NCBI RefSeq assembly: GCF_009914755.1
Contig: NC_060938.1
Length of the DNA stretch: 64,000 nucleotides
Source of the DNA: the human T2T-CHM13v2.0 reference genome, Homo sapiens
Strand: one strand, 5' to 3'
The notes under the pieces: generated by a model
What the model was told of the DNA's origin: nothing
The model's database searches: none
Seen by the model: only the letters and a program-made list of their open reading frames with translations
Part shown: one piece after another, positions 11,011-23,872 of the stretch
How positions within the stretch are numbered: position 1 is the stretch's first letter
How the letters are laid out: each line of letters begins with the position of its first letter
Program-made: the position numbers and the translations under genes

Positions 11011-11374
11011 TGATATGGTTTGGCTGCGTCCGCACCCAAATCTCATCTTGAATTGTAGTTCCCATAATCCTCACATGTCGTGGGAGAGACCCAGTGGGAG
11101 GTAATTGAATCACGGGGTGGTTACCCCCATGCTGCTGTTCTCATGATAGTCAGTGAGTTCTCATGAGATCTGATGGTTTTATAAGAGGCTTTTCACGCTT
11201 TACTCAGCACTTCTCCTTCCTGACATCACGTTTGCTTCCCCTTCTGCCATGATTGTAAGTTTCCTGAGGCCTCCTCAGCCATGTGGAACTGTGAGGCAAT
11301 TAAACCTCTTTCCTTTATAAATTACTCAGTCTCAGGCAGTTCTTTATACAGCAGCATGAGAATGGACTAATATA
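11011..11374 (+). mobile_element. THE1 (THE1D-like) MaLR solo LTR
   Basis: tgatatggtttggctg...gagatctgatggttttataag...aattaaacctctttcctttataaattac...ggactaatata; TSD acgtg/atgtg (CpG decay). Confidence 0.92.
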
Positions 11375-11636
11375 ATGTGACAAGGTTTAAAGTCTCACTA
11401 AAGCTCGCATGTGGCTGCTGGATGAAGACCTGCAATCAAGATGCAATCTGTGCAGAGGAAGGCCAAGGTTCTGCTGGCCCAGGGCCAGCCCTGCCGTTGT
11501 CTCCTGTGCTGTTGGCTCCAGCAGGAGCTTCTTTCATTGAACGTGCTGAGTGGAAAATTCTCTCCACATCTGGATGACACCATCTTCCCAGGCCACCTCT
11601 TGGGGACATTCTGGTTCTACTTTCTCCTTCCCTTTG

Positions 11637-11869
11637 GCAGAGCCTCGTACTTAAGTGCGTGGTCTTGAGCTGGAGTGTCTGAGTTTGCAACCCAGCTCCA
11701 CAACTTATTAGGAGTGTGGCCTTGGGCAAGTTACTTATGCCGCTGTGCTGCAGTTTTCTCATCTGTAAAATGGGAGGACGGAAAAGGAAGAGTTCAGATT
11801 AAATGATTTTGCACATGTCAAGTGATTAGAAGAGTGCCTGGCAAATTGTAGGTACAAATAAGCACTAGC
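11637..11869 (+). mobile_element. MIR SINE
   Basis: gtggccttgggcaagttactt...cagttttctcatctgtaaaatggg core. Confidence 0.85.
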
Positions 11870-12261
11870 AATGATGCACACTGGTCGTGTCAGTGGCATT
11901 TTGAGACTTCCCATCCCCATTAAGTGTCAGCATGACTCATCTCTTCTCCATACCTGTACATAGATGTCTCAGCCAGTTCTGTCCTGGGCAGCAATCCAAT
12001 GGCTCTCTCTTCAACATTCCACATTGTATTTGGACTGGAGAAGCTGAGGTTGGAAGTTGTAATGTGGCTGGGTCAAGGTGATAGAGTAAGTTGGTATCAC
12101 TCAAGGGATAAAAATCTGGAATCTGTAGGAGATGCTGGCATCTACTTTCTCCCTGAAAACGTCACAATGAAACCATAGGGCCACTGCCCAGTCCCACAGG
12201 TGCAGCGGTGCTTCCTCACTGTTCTGAGAGTTATTGATCTTTTTGAGACTTAAGGTGGGGT

Positions 12262-12696
12262 GGACATGAAGACCCACCTCTCAGAGCTCCAGGGCATCAC
12301 TGACCAAGGGCTCCAGCTGCTATGCTCTGAAATCTGTCAACCGCTATGTTAGTTCTCAGGCCACATGTCCCAGAGGATGCTCTTGGCCAAAGACTGAACA
12401 CAGCAGGCCCATTCCTGCGAAACCCAGGACTTCCTCACCCAGCAGCTTTGCTTGAAGACTCCTTCAGGGCCTTGCAGTATTTCCTTCAACGGCACTACAG
12501 ATGCAGACATTTCTGCCCAACCTTCTTTCCTTCCCTTTCTGCTTCACATGGATCAGATCTCTGTCACTGCCAGACGGTTCTACCTGTCTCCCTTCACCCC
12601 CTTTGCATACCCGCATCCTAGGCATCTCCTTAAGGAAATCTTTTGCATGTCTATTCCTGTCTGGGCATCTGCATCTCAAAAAACTTGGACTGATAT
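12262..12696 (+). mobile_element. LTR16-like ERVL solo LTR
   Basis: gggctccagctgct...gccaaagactga...ccttctttccttc...tcttttgcatgtctattcctgtctgggcatctgc 3' end typical of the LTR16 family. Confidence 0.65.
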
Positions 12697-12815
12697 CCGT
12701 GTGACATAATCTTTTCCCGGTAAGGTGCACCTGTACACAGGCAATCAGAATTCAGGGACTTTCAGACACCTAAACTGCATCTGCCACAGGTCTTCATTTA
12801 AAAATGTCAGTATTT

Positions 12816-13118
12816 GGCTGGATGCAGTGGCTCACCCCTGTGATCCCAGCACTTTGGGAGGAAAAGGCAGGAGGATCGCATGAAATCAGGAGTTTGATAG
12901 CAGCCTGGCAAACAGAGCGAGATCTTGTTTCTCCAAAACACTTAAAACATTAGCCAGGTGTGGTGACGCACACCTGTAGTCACAGCTTCTCAGAAGGATG
13001 AGGTAGGAAGATTGCTTGAGCTAGGAGTTGGAGTCTGCAGTGAGCTATGATCACACAACTGAGCTCCACCCTGGGTGACAGAGCAAGACCCTATAAAAAA
13101 CAAATGAACAAACAAAAA
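12816..13118 (+). mobile_element. AluJ, full length, diverged
   Basis: ggctggatgcagtggctcac...gattgcttgag...tgcagtgagctatgatc...gggtgacagagcaagaccc plus degenerate A-tail. Confidence 0.92.
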
Positions 13119-13519
13119 CCCCAAAAGCCAAAACTGTAATCATTTAAAGCAATTGAAGCATATAACAGAAGAAATTGTCTACGCAGTTTGAGATCAGTTT
13201 GCTTATTCATTCAACAAACATTTACTTGCTGTCTATTTTCTGTCCAGTCTAACGTCAGCACCAAAAGTGCACAGCTACTGCTCTTAAGACGCCCCCAGGC
13301 AGGTGGGGGAAACAGGCAGACAAAGAAGTAATACACTACAAGTGATTTTGTTGAAGCGCAGTTGGGCATGAAGAAGAGAGAGGGAAGCCCATGTTGAATC
13401 TTGAAGCAGGAGTAGTTTGACAAGAAAAAAGAGGAGTATGTGTTTCTTTGCATGGGGAAAAGCATCTTGTGAGCTCAGGTCGATAAAAGAACATGGCTTG
13501 AGGCTGACACGGTTCACCA

Positions 13520-13745
13520 CAGCAGCTAAGAGCACAGGCTCCAGAGCTAAGCTGCCTAGTTCTGGGTCCTAATTCCACTACTTCCTAGTGTGTAGACGTG
13601 CATGTGTTTCTAACCTCTCGTGCTAGAGTAGTGCCCTGGGAAAAGGGGCTAGTCATGCCTCATGAGGCTGTTGGGAAGATTGAAATAGTTCATAAGTACA
13701 AAGCTACTTAGATCAGTAAATGGCACGCACTCTTAAATATTATCC
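13520..13745 (+). mobile_element. MIR SINE
   Basis: taagagcacaggctc...ccactacttcctagtgtgt...cctcatgaggctgttg. Confidence 0.6.
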
Positions 13746-13974
13746 GCCATTTTGGCCACTGCGTCAAAAGTGTCAGGTAATGAGATTTAAAGGGTGATTG
13801 GATTACACTGAGCACTGCGGGCGTTTTCTCTGTAGACAGTGACTCTGCATTTTCTGGACCTTATGCGCTTACTAAGAGTTGGGCAGGCATCATCTTTGAA
13901 TTTCATACCCAAAGCACAGGAGGCACCAAAATACTCCAAGTCTGTCTCAGGAAAGGGCATAAACATAGAAATGC

Positions 13975-14340
13975 AGCCTCCCAGAGGAATCTCAAAACCA
14001 TCTGGTTCTCCCTCCCACCCAAAGCAGGAAACCCCTTCACAGCATCCCAGAAAGAGGGCCCTCCAGCTTCTGCTAACACACTTCCAGAAAGAGGTCCTCA
14101 CTCCCTCACAAGGCAGCTTGTTCGGGTGCACCCAACTGCTGAAAAGTTTGTCCTGACATTGAGCTGAAGTCTGTCTCCCTGTAGCTTCCACCGCTGTTCC
14201 TGGTTTTCCATCTGGAATTCCAGAGAACAAATCAAATCAGCTCCCTCACCCCTGCAAAGAAGAAAGAAAAAAAAAAGATTTGAAACACGTTGGTTGTTCT
14301 TGAATATTTTCTTCAGGGTAATTGTGTCCGATTCTCCCAC
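13975..14340 (-). mobile_element. L3/CR1 LINE fragment
   Basis: ctcactccctcacaaggcagc...ttgagctgaagtctgtctccctgtagcttccacc...cctggttt is typical of the reverse-strand L3 3' region. Confidence 0.6.
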
Positions 14341-15954
14341 CCACTTTCCCCAGGACCTGGTCTCTAAACCCTGTGACCCCCGGTTGCCTGCCTCTTCAGG
14401 GCTGGAGGCCCATTTGAAATTGAACTTTGGGACTTGTCTTGCCTCTGTATTCTAGAGAAAGCCAGTGCCCCAATTTCAAACTGCTGCTGGAGGAGGGGTA
14501 CTTTTTCTCTTCTCCTGGAGTTTTATCCCAGGTGGCGGGGATTTCACTAGCATAGCACTACTGGCCTCTCTCTGTCCCCTCATTTGCCTTACTTTAAGGG
14601 TAAACTGTTTGGGAATTTTGGAACGAATACCCTGGGATGCTTGGCTCAGGTCTCCTTCTATTCATTTATTTAAAAATAAATGGAAAAGTCATAGAAAGCT
14701 ACCTGTGCCAGAGAATGTGAGTTCTGTGTGTTCCTGAATGTGGTCAGTTTTGTCTTAGGTTCCTCGGGAAACGGTGATTGCAGTAACCCACTCTGGGAGA
14801 TACGTGCTAGGGAGTCCACCCACTTGCAGATAGAAGCCTCCTTCTCCTCGAGCTGCTGGAGAAGCAAGGTGTCATTGTGACTGATGGTTTCCAAATCACA
14901 TGGGGGGAAGGAGTGCTCTTTATAATGTTCCCCTTAAGGCCCCCAAACCTGCATGTGATGGTTCAATGGGAACCCTGATATTTCTGCAGTTGGATGGTTT
15001 TTTTATACACGTGTTCTCAGACTATGCATAGTCACAGATATACAATTTTCAAAAAATAGTATCTTTAGACTGCATAAAACATTCTGAAAGAGCTACATAA
15101 TTGTCTTCATTTTAAGTTTCCTTTTCAAACTTACCAGCAGTACTTTCATGAATGTCTAATCTAGACAATCCTTGATGAATTGACCTGAACAGAATCTCCC
15201 CATAATCCAATTCAGCATGGCTAGATGGCGACCACTTTAGCCTTATCTCAGCGAGACCCGTGACCTTTAAAATAATCACATTGTCCTCTCTATGCATCTT
15301 TAAGTACTTCCCTAATACATGGGGACAGGCCAGCCCTGGGACTGTAGTGCTCCTTCCTTAAAGAGATCTAAAACCTCCTCTACATCTCTCTTGTCCAACT
15401 GGCTGGAGCTATGTTTTTTTCCATGCGGTACTTCGTCAGAAAGCACCAAAAGTCAAAAAATTTGCATGCATACCCAAGCTGAAAACTTCAGCTTTTATTT
15501 TTCATTTTGAGAGTATGAAGTCTGAGTTCTTGTTCATACTCCATAAACTCAAAAGTCCTTTTCATCAACACCTTTTTTGAAATGATACAAGTTTCACCTA
15601 CCCCAAAACACCATACAAAATATTTATTTTTTTAACTGCCATTTTGAAAACAGGTAGGTATAGAATATCTTCATTAGTTAAAAAGTACGTTTTTTCTTCC
15701 CTGTAGCTTTCCACTTAAAAAAATCTAAGTTTCCAGTTTCCTTTCCCCCAACAATTGTTTAATCGAATATTTTGACTTCTAGTACCAGTTAGAGGAATAT
15801 ATATATTAAGAGAACTATCCTTCTATTAGAAGGAAAAATGGCTTGCCCTTATCTAAATGATTTACACACAGAGGCAAACATTGTAATTCAGGAAACCACT
15901 TGCTGTGGTTCAGAGAACCAGAGAACTAACATCCCTTTTTTTTTTTTTTTTTAG

Positions 15955-16273
<319 letters not shown>

Positions 16274-17263
16274 TCTTTGTCTCCTTCTGCTTGGACATCA
16301 GGAAGGTTCTCTCTCCCCACTGTCTCATTTGTACCCCACCATCTGTGCAGAGGCCTGGCCACTGCTTCTCTGGAAACTTCTCATGAATTCAGAATCCAAC
16401 TCCCACTCCTAACGGAAACTCAGCAACCTCCTGGGACCTCCAAGTTCCCAACTTTGCCTTCCTTCTGCCTCTCTCAGCTGAAACTGAAGTGAGTCATTTG
16501 GAAAGCAAGTTGAAATTATTATTACTATTAATAATTATTTTAATACATTCACTCTGGGAAACTTTAAATTCTCTACCAACATGCGCATACGGAAGCTTCT
16601 CAACATAAGTCCTGACCTGGTCACCAGGCACGGAAGGAGACTTCCCAGTGGTATTTTATAGAAGAGGAAGTTGAGTCAAAGTGAGAATGAAATGACCTCT
16701 CAGCAGCTGGTAAATTTCATATTTGAGTTTCAAAACCAGATTCTCTAAGTCCAGCATTTCTCTTTTTATACCACACTCTCCACATCATCTCTAAAATGGG
16801 TGTAATTAGACCTATCTCATGCGATGAGAATAAAGAGTAAATGAAATGAGAGATGCAAAAAGCCCATCTTACTTGCAGTAAGTTGCTATAAATATAAGGC
16901 ATGTTATCATGAATGCTTGAAAAGCTTAAAGCCTAGATTTTCTACTTCCAAGGTCCATGTCATCTGCCAAATGTCCCTTCTGAAGTTCAGTTACCTTATC
17001 TATCATTAATTAGTATTTATGTGTACCTGTAGGGTTGATATTTATTATAAAGTCTGTATTGGAGTCACTGGCATATAGTAGATGCTCATTAAAAGTCAGT
17101 TTCATTGTTTATGGGAACTCAATGATAACAGGGACTGATGTGAGCTTGAATCAGGAAGTCTTTATGAGTAGCGTTTTTTTAATACCTTCTCATTTAAAAA
17201 GAAATCTAAAACCTCCAAAAACAAAAGCAAAACACCAACAATGATTTTCATAATGTTCTAAAG

Positions 17264-17744
17264 CAGCAGCCCCCAACCTTTTTGGCACCAGGAGCCGGTT
17301 TTGTGGAAGACAATTTTTCCATGAACCAGGGGAGGTGGGGGAGGACTTAAGGATGATTCAAGCTCATTACATTTGTTGTGCACTTTATTTCTATTATTAT
17401 TACATTGTAAAAATATAATGAAATAATTATATAACTCACCATTATGTAGAATCACTGAGAGACGTGAGCTTGTTTTCCTGCAAGTAGATGGTTCCATCTG
17501 GGGGTGATAAGAGACAGTGACAGATCGTCAGGCATTAGATTCTCATAAGGAGTGCACAACCTAGACCCCTCACATGTGCAGTTCACAGTGGAGTTTGTGC
17601 TTCTATGAGAATGTAATGCCACTGCTGATCTGACAGGAGGCGGAGCTCAGGTGGTAATGAGAGTGATGGGGACCAACTGCTGTGCAGCTCAGTCCCTAAT
17701 AGGCCACCAGTACCAGTAGGTGGCCTGGAGGTTGGGGACCACTG
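17264..17744 (+). mobile_element. MER1A (hAT-Charlie3-derived) DNA transposon
   Basis: TIRs cagcagcccccaacct / aggttggggaccactg; 8-bp TSD ttctaaag/ttctgaag; internal gcattagattctcataaggag. Confidence 0.9.
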
Positions 17745-18232
17745 TTCTGAAGTTCCCTGACTCAAATTAGTTAGTCCAGATGGGGTATTCTTTCACCCTG
17801 CAACCCATTATTTGAGTATGTAACTGTTCACCATTCATTCAACATAACTCCTTCCAGTGGCTACTCTGGGGAGTTTTGGCCCTGGAATTGGAATATGGAA
17901 ATGCACGAGACACAGGTCCTGCCTTTAGATAGCAAAGGGTCGTAGGAGAGATGGCAGGGGATGAGTCATAGTAATAAGCGTGATAAGTAACATCAATTAA
18001 CATTACTTATTCACTTATTTCATTGATAGTAATATTAATATCTGTGTAGAGGGGGCAGGGGAAGGAGCAAGCAACTGACAAAGAGCTGTAAGGAAAAAAA
18101 AAAAAAATCAGTCACTGGAGTGTACACTCCTGAGGAATACACTGCAGCTCTTCCGGATAAGTCAGAAGATCATTCCCGGCAGGAGGGGGCAGCCCCGGAA
18201 AAGGGAAAGGGACATTAAGTTCAAGGAATCAT

Positions 18233-18312
18233 ATAGGTTGGTACAAACGTCATTGCGGTTTTTGCCATTACTTTCAATGGCAAAAATGGTAATTATGTTT
18301 GCACCAACCTAA
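18233..18312. mobile_element. MADE1 (Hsmar1-derived 80-bp MITE)
   Basis: taggttggtacaaacgtcattgcggtttttgccattactttcaatggcaaaaatggtaattatgtttgcaccaaccta; palindromic and TA-flanked. Confidence 0.93.
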
Positions 18313-19958
18313 TACGGCTGCCCATGGCAATGGTCAGCGTGTGATGGAGAGAGCGATATTCTACCGGGGCAGTTGCTGGCAGGGAGCTCTGATGAGGCAG
18401 GTGGGCCGTGATGGAAGGATACGGTGTATACCAGCACGTTAATTTTCAGAGAAGAGCGTCGTTAGTGCTTTCCTCTCTGCAAGCCCCCTGCCCTGCCTGT
18501 ATCTGCAAGGCCTATTGGTTCTCCACGGAGCCGGACTCTGACTCGCTCCAGCACAAAATGCCTAAGCCCTCGGAGGTGCTCCGTATTGTGAGGGCCACCA
18601 GGCCCCGCCAGGCGGTGGGGGTGAGCCGTGAAAGGAGGAGAGGGCCCAGCCTCTCAAAACCTGTTTAAGACAACATGAAAAACCACTCACGTACTTTCAA
18701 ATAGGTGAAATTTCACTTTCAGCTTTATTTACCTGAGAATGAATTTCAGTCTGAAGAGGCCTTTATGTCGTTGGAGCCGAAGCACCCGAGATATAAGCAA
18801 TTTTCAACGAGAGTACTACACATTTGTCTTTATAACAATTTGTGTGTAACAGCTTTTATGCAAATGACACTAAAGTGGCACCTTTTTTTCTAAATTGGAC
18901 ATTTTTATGGTTATAATTTTCTTCTGTAATAACAGCAAAAAAAAAATGGCTGTCCCAGTGGAGTTGAACATTTCATCTTTGAGCACTGTCTTGTGAAGTT
19001 GGAATGACAAGTTTCTTTCATTTGCGCCAAGAATGTCAAAAAAGTGTTCTTTGTCTTCCTTGTCTTAGTTTTCAGGGGTGGTTAAACTTCAGGTGTCATC
19101 GTCCCCCATCAGCAACCCTGAGTAATCAGAATGGTCTCAGAAAATCCCCACACAGCTTCCAGGCCCCCCAAAAACTGCCTGCTCTTTCTCCTTCCAAGCC
19201 GAGCAGCATAAATTAACTTGGTTAGATTTCAGTTTCAACACGTTGTTGGGTCTTTTACATTCATGCCCACTTTTCCCTAAGTCAGACAGGTGACTTTTAT
19301 AGACAATGAGGTTTAATTGACTCCAGTACAATGGAATTTATATACAGTATTCCAGGCAACCATCCCGAGATACTCATAGAATAATTCACGTTATTGTTGC
19401 TTAATCGACCGAACATTTTTGCAGAAACAACAGGAGACGGTGTGTGTTTCAAACAATGACTTAAATATATCCAAGGACTCGGTGAAACAATATCTATAAT
19501 TTGTGGCAGTGGAGGCCTTTGGGATGGACGAAACTAGAAGGTCTCAGCAAGCGCACATGGGAGGAGTAGAGAGAGGTGCCGGGAAGAACTGGAAAGAACA
19601 AAGGCCTGTGCCCGGCTTGACCTTGGAGGTGTTTCTCCCTCTTTCTACGCTCTGATTCCCGAACGGTTCCCCTTCACCTTCATTCTAAAGTCAATAGTTA
19701 AAAGGGGTTGTTTTAATACATTCAGAGAAACTTGCTGTAGTATTAACTCCTGATTTTTTTTGAATTTGGAGATAACAAGAGAAGAAGAAATTGGGAGGCA
19801 AGAGACCAAAAACTGTGTCTATTGTGTGGTGACAAATTGATGTGCATCATGGAGGAAAGAGACTCCAGGACATGTAGACTTGAACTCAAACATTGAGAAC
19901 TTGCTAGGTATTTGACACGGAGGAAGTAACCCACCCTTTCTAAACTTTTGCCTACCCG

Positions 19959-20312
19959 TGTCTTAGTCCTTTTGGGCTGCTGTAAGAAGATACCTTAGAC
20001 TAAGACATTTATACACAGCAGTCATTTATCGATCTCAGTGCTGAAGGCCAGGGAGTCCAAGGTCAAAGCACTGGCAGACTGGGTGTCTGGTGAGGACCTG
20101 TTTCTCATAGAGGGTGCCTTCTGTGTGTCCTCACATGGTGGAAGAGACAAGGAAGCTCCATCAAGCCTCTTTTATGAGCATGGATCCCGTTAATGAAGAT
20201 AGGCTTCATGACTTAATCACCTCCTAAAGGCCCCACCTTTTAGTACTATCACATTGGGGATTAAATTTCAACATATGAATTTTGGGGTGACACAAACATT
20301 GGGTCCAAAGCA
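19959..20312 (-). mobile_element. MLT1A-type MaLR solo LTR inserted in a MIR
   Basis: tgtcttagtcc...gtgtctggtgagg...gacttaatcacctcctaaaggcccc...caaagca; TSD acccg/accca; MIR halves on both flanks. Confidence 0.88.
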
Positions 20313-21089
20313 ACCCACCTGAAAAATGAGACCAGTGATATCTGTCACACGAGGTTCTCATGAAACTCAAAGGAGATCATAAGTATGAAACATGCTAACA
20401 TCTATAAATGGATGCTTATGTTTTTATCATTATGATGAAGACTTATTTTCTTTTCTTAATTGAACTGACATTATAAAGTCACCCAGAAGCTACCTGCTAT
20501 GTTGTTAATACCACCCAACCCAAAGGGTTGTAGTTCGTAGCTTGAAAATGGACACCCCTGAGGAGCCACCAATCATACATCATGCAATGCGTGCTCCTTG
20601 GCTTCTTTCCTGAGTCGTGGCCTTTCCTTTGCCCAGCAACACATATGCTGCTCAGCCATGCTCAGTCCTAGGCAGGCACTGGAGATTCAGAGAAAGGCAG
20701 GACATGGTCCCTGCCCCCACAGTTAGTTCCAGCTAACTCTAAGTACAGGGTTTTGATTGGATGTATACTGAAGCCGTGTTTCCTCCCTTCATCTCCCCTG
20801 GAGGGAGGGTTGTGTCCTGGCTGGTGGAATATTGGGTGATTTTTACTTTTAATTTTAACCCTTTTATTTAACCCTTTGTGAAATATATGAACTTTTTTGA
20901 ACAAAAATGTGTTATATATAAGATGAAAAAACTGCTTTCACTGTGAAATGAAAAAAAGACTTATAACAAAAATAGTTTGAAAGGGAAGTTGGCCGTCTTT
21001 GATATACAGGTTTTGAATTAGAGAGGCTTTAAATGATAAATGGAATGTGTAATTTGTTTTAGTAGAAAAGTTTATCTATCTGTCTACCA

Positions 21090-21149
21090 ATAGACAGATC
21101 AGATAGGTAGGTAGGTAGATAGATTAGATAAGTGATAGAAGATAGATAC

Positions 21150-21199
<50 letters not shown>
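21090..21199. repeat. Compound (TAGA/TAGG)n tetranucleotide STR with a pure (TAGA)12 at 21151-21198
   Basis: Read directly. Confidence 0.95.
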
Positions 21200-23159
21200 C
21201 TGGAAGCTAGATTTGCACATATGTGGGTACACTGTGTACATGCACAGCTGTGCGTATACACACACATGCCCACACCTATCAATATAGAGGCATTTGTGAA
21301 ACAGCACATCTTCAGCTGAGGCCACTTGGTGGGATTCCTGTGCTTTGATTTCTTCCTCCTGGCCATCTCTTCTACCCCTGGATGGGATGTCTTGGTGTTC
21401 TCACTCTGGCCCTCCTTCATCCAACTGCCCTTGATCCTCCACATTGAAGAGCAAATGACAGGACTAGGCAGGCCTGGCTCAGGACCCCAGACTTTAACCA
21501 CCAGGCCTCTGATTTCAGCATGCAAGTCCTCCCAGGCCGTACAGAGGAAGGGGAGAGCGGTCTCTGGGGTTCCTCTCTCCACATACCACTTGTTGATTAG
21601 TTCACTTGTTTATCCTTCATGCACTTTAGTCTCCTTATCAGCAAAATACGAAGAATGAAGACAATCTCAAAGACTGTTAGGGGAATGAGAGCCCTTGATA
21701 TAGGTTGGTCACTTTATAAACATCACTTCCTTTTTCTCTGATTTGATGGCTGGGAAGAAGGACAGTGACTTTTAAACTCCCTATAAGCTCATTAATAGGA
21801 ATTAAGTTTGTTTCAATTTTCTATTTTCAGAGAGTAATCTTAGAGACATTATAGTTACTATCCTTCACCCACGGGACAGATGAAAAAACGAAGTATCAAA
21901 GTAGGTGGTGCGTAAAAGTGCTGGTGACAGAGACCAGTCTATAGTCCAGCCAGCAGAAGATGTCTATTGGGGAAATCTATTCCAGGGTTTTATCCCACGT
22001 ATCACAGTGTGCTGGCAGCACAGTTTCACCTTGCATCTTGCAAGCAGAAATGCTTAGGGGCCAGTGTGCATACATCAGCATATATCTATATATCCTTACA
22101 GAAACCAAATATTGAAGCATGTCACCATTCTAGGATTGCTGCAGAAGACAAAGCAATTTGCATGGATCCTTTGTGAGCTTTCTTTTGCAGTGGTAGAAAC
22201 TCATTAAAATCTCATGAAATCCTTCTACACAAAATGTGAAGAAATGCCGAATGGCCGCCCTAAAAGTTAATATGTGTGTGTTCAAGGTGAGGGGTTGCGG
22301 GCGGGAGGGACACATGTATTTGAAGCAGCTCATCATTGGATACAGCTGCCTAGAACAGGAGCATTCCTTAGCATATTTTAATTACTGTCTGGCTGCCCCT
22401 GTAAATAAATGAGCCAGTGGCTGGAGCTTGGAGGAGGCTGGGGACGGAAGCAGAGGTGTGGAGTCCCAGTGGTGCCTCTACTTGCAGCAGGGCTGAACTT
22501 GGGCATGATTTTTGCAGTGAGAAGAAAGCCTGCTGGCCTACCTGGGATTAATGAGTACCCAGGGAATGTGGGATGACTCTAGGCTGGAGCTGGGGTCATT
22601 AAATTCCGCTGGTCATTAATCCCCTGGAAATGCCCAGGGCTGAGGTCATTATTCTTGGGAGATAAAAAATTCAGGACCAAACAGCACAAGAACATGAATA
22701 TCGTGCATGTCTCAGATTGGTGGTGTGTTTTTCAATTTGTTGGCAGAGTCCCATTCCAGGAAAACAAATCTCTGTTCCATATATCCATTGTGCATGCATT
22801 GATCATTTCAGCTTTAATTTTGAATCCAACCAGCATTTTTGGTGTGTCCCTACTGTGTGTCAGGAGCTGTTATAAGCTTAATTTCCTTTAGCCCCCAGGA
22901 GGTAAAGGTCATACCCTTCAGTTTAATTATGAGGAAATTGAAAGTCGGACAGTGTAAATGATTTAAGTCACACAACTATTCTTCAGTCTCTGGGCTTGGT
23001 GCTTTTTTCCTGCATTGAAGCCGCTTGCCCAGTGGTGCAAATTGTTAAGTGGTATATCAGACGGCAAACATCTTTTTTTTTTTTTTAATCTCTTCAGCTA
23101 GTTGTCCTTTTTCTACAAGACAAAAAAGACGCTCAATTCCACTTTAAAATTGCTGCAGT

Positions 23160-23457
23160 GGCTGGGCACAGTGGCTCGTGCCTGTAATCCCAGCACTTTG
23201 GGAGGCCGAGGCAGGCGGATCACTTGACGTCAGGAGTTTGAGACCAGCCTGGCCAACATGGTGAAACCCTGTCCCTACCAACAATACAAAAATTAGCTGG
23301 GCGTGGTGGCATGTGCCTGTAATCCCAGCTACTAGGGAGGCTGAGGCAGGATAATTCCTTGAACTCAGGAGGCGGAGGTTGCAGTGAGCTGAGATGGCGC
23401 CGTTGTAAACCAAACTGGGAGAAACAACAATATTCTGTCTCAAAAAAAAAAAAAAAA
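23160..23457 (+). mobile_element. AluS (Sx/Sz-like), full length
   Basis: Dimeric body, A16 tail, TSD aaaattgctgca(g/a)t. Confidence 0.95.
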
Positions 23458-23787
23458 TTGCTGCAATCTCTGATGCTGTTGTAAGAACAGCCTGTGTGGC
23501 ACGTGCCATCTTCTTGCAGAGTGGATTAAGCTTCTAAAAAGTGTTCTACATTGTTCTGAGCTAACTAGTAAATTAGACTGTATGATTACAATGCCTAAAA
23601 CCATCTTGGGCCAACAGCAAATGCACTCTGCAGACAACCTTACTTCTTTGTCCTTTAGTTTCTTTATTTGTAAAATGGAGCCAATAATTGTGGCACCTTA
23701 TGAGATTGTTGTGAGGATAGATGAGCTAGTGTTTGTAAAGTGCTGAGAACAGCATCCAAGGCAGAGTAGGACATACAGACGTAGTTG

Positions 23788-23872
23788 TAAAAGAAAACAA
23801 AGTAAAATAAAATGAAGTAAAACAAAATAAGTAAAAACAGATAAGATAAAATAAAGTGATATAAAATAAAAT
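23788..23872. repeat. Degenerate (TAAAA)n A-rich tract
   Basis: taaaagaaaacaaagtaaaataaaatgaagtaaaacaaaataa... Confidence 0.7.

Noticed and set aside
21059-21582. ORFs with a YLSI repeat
   Set aside because: Translation of the (TAGA)n STR.
23144-23509. 121-aa ORF (similar ones at 2786-3201 and 15973-16227)
   Set aside because: Typical antisense-Alu translations.
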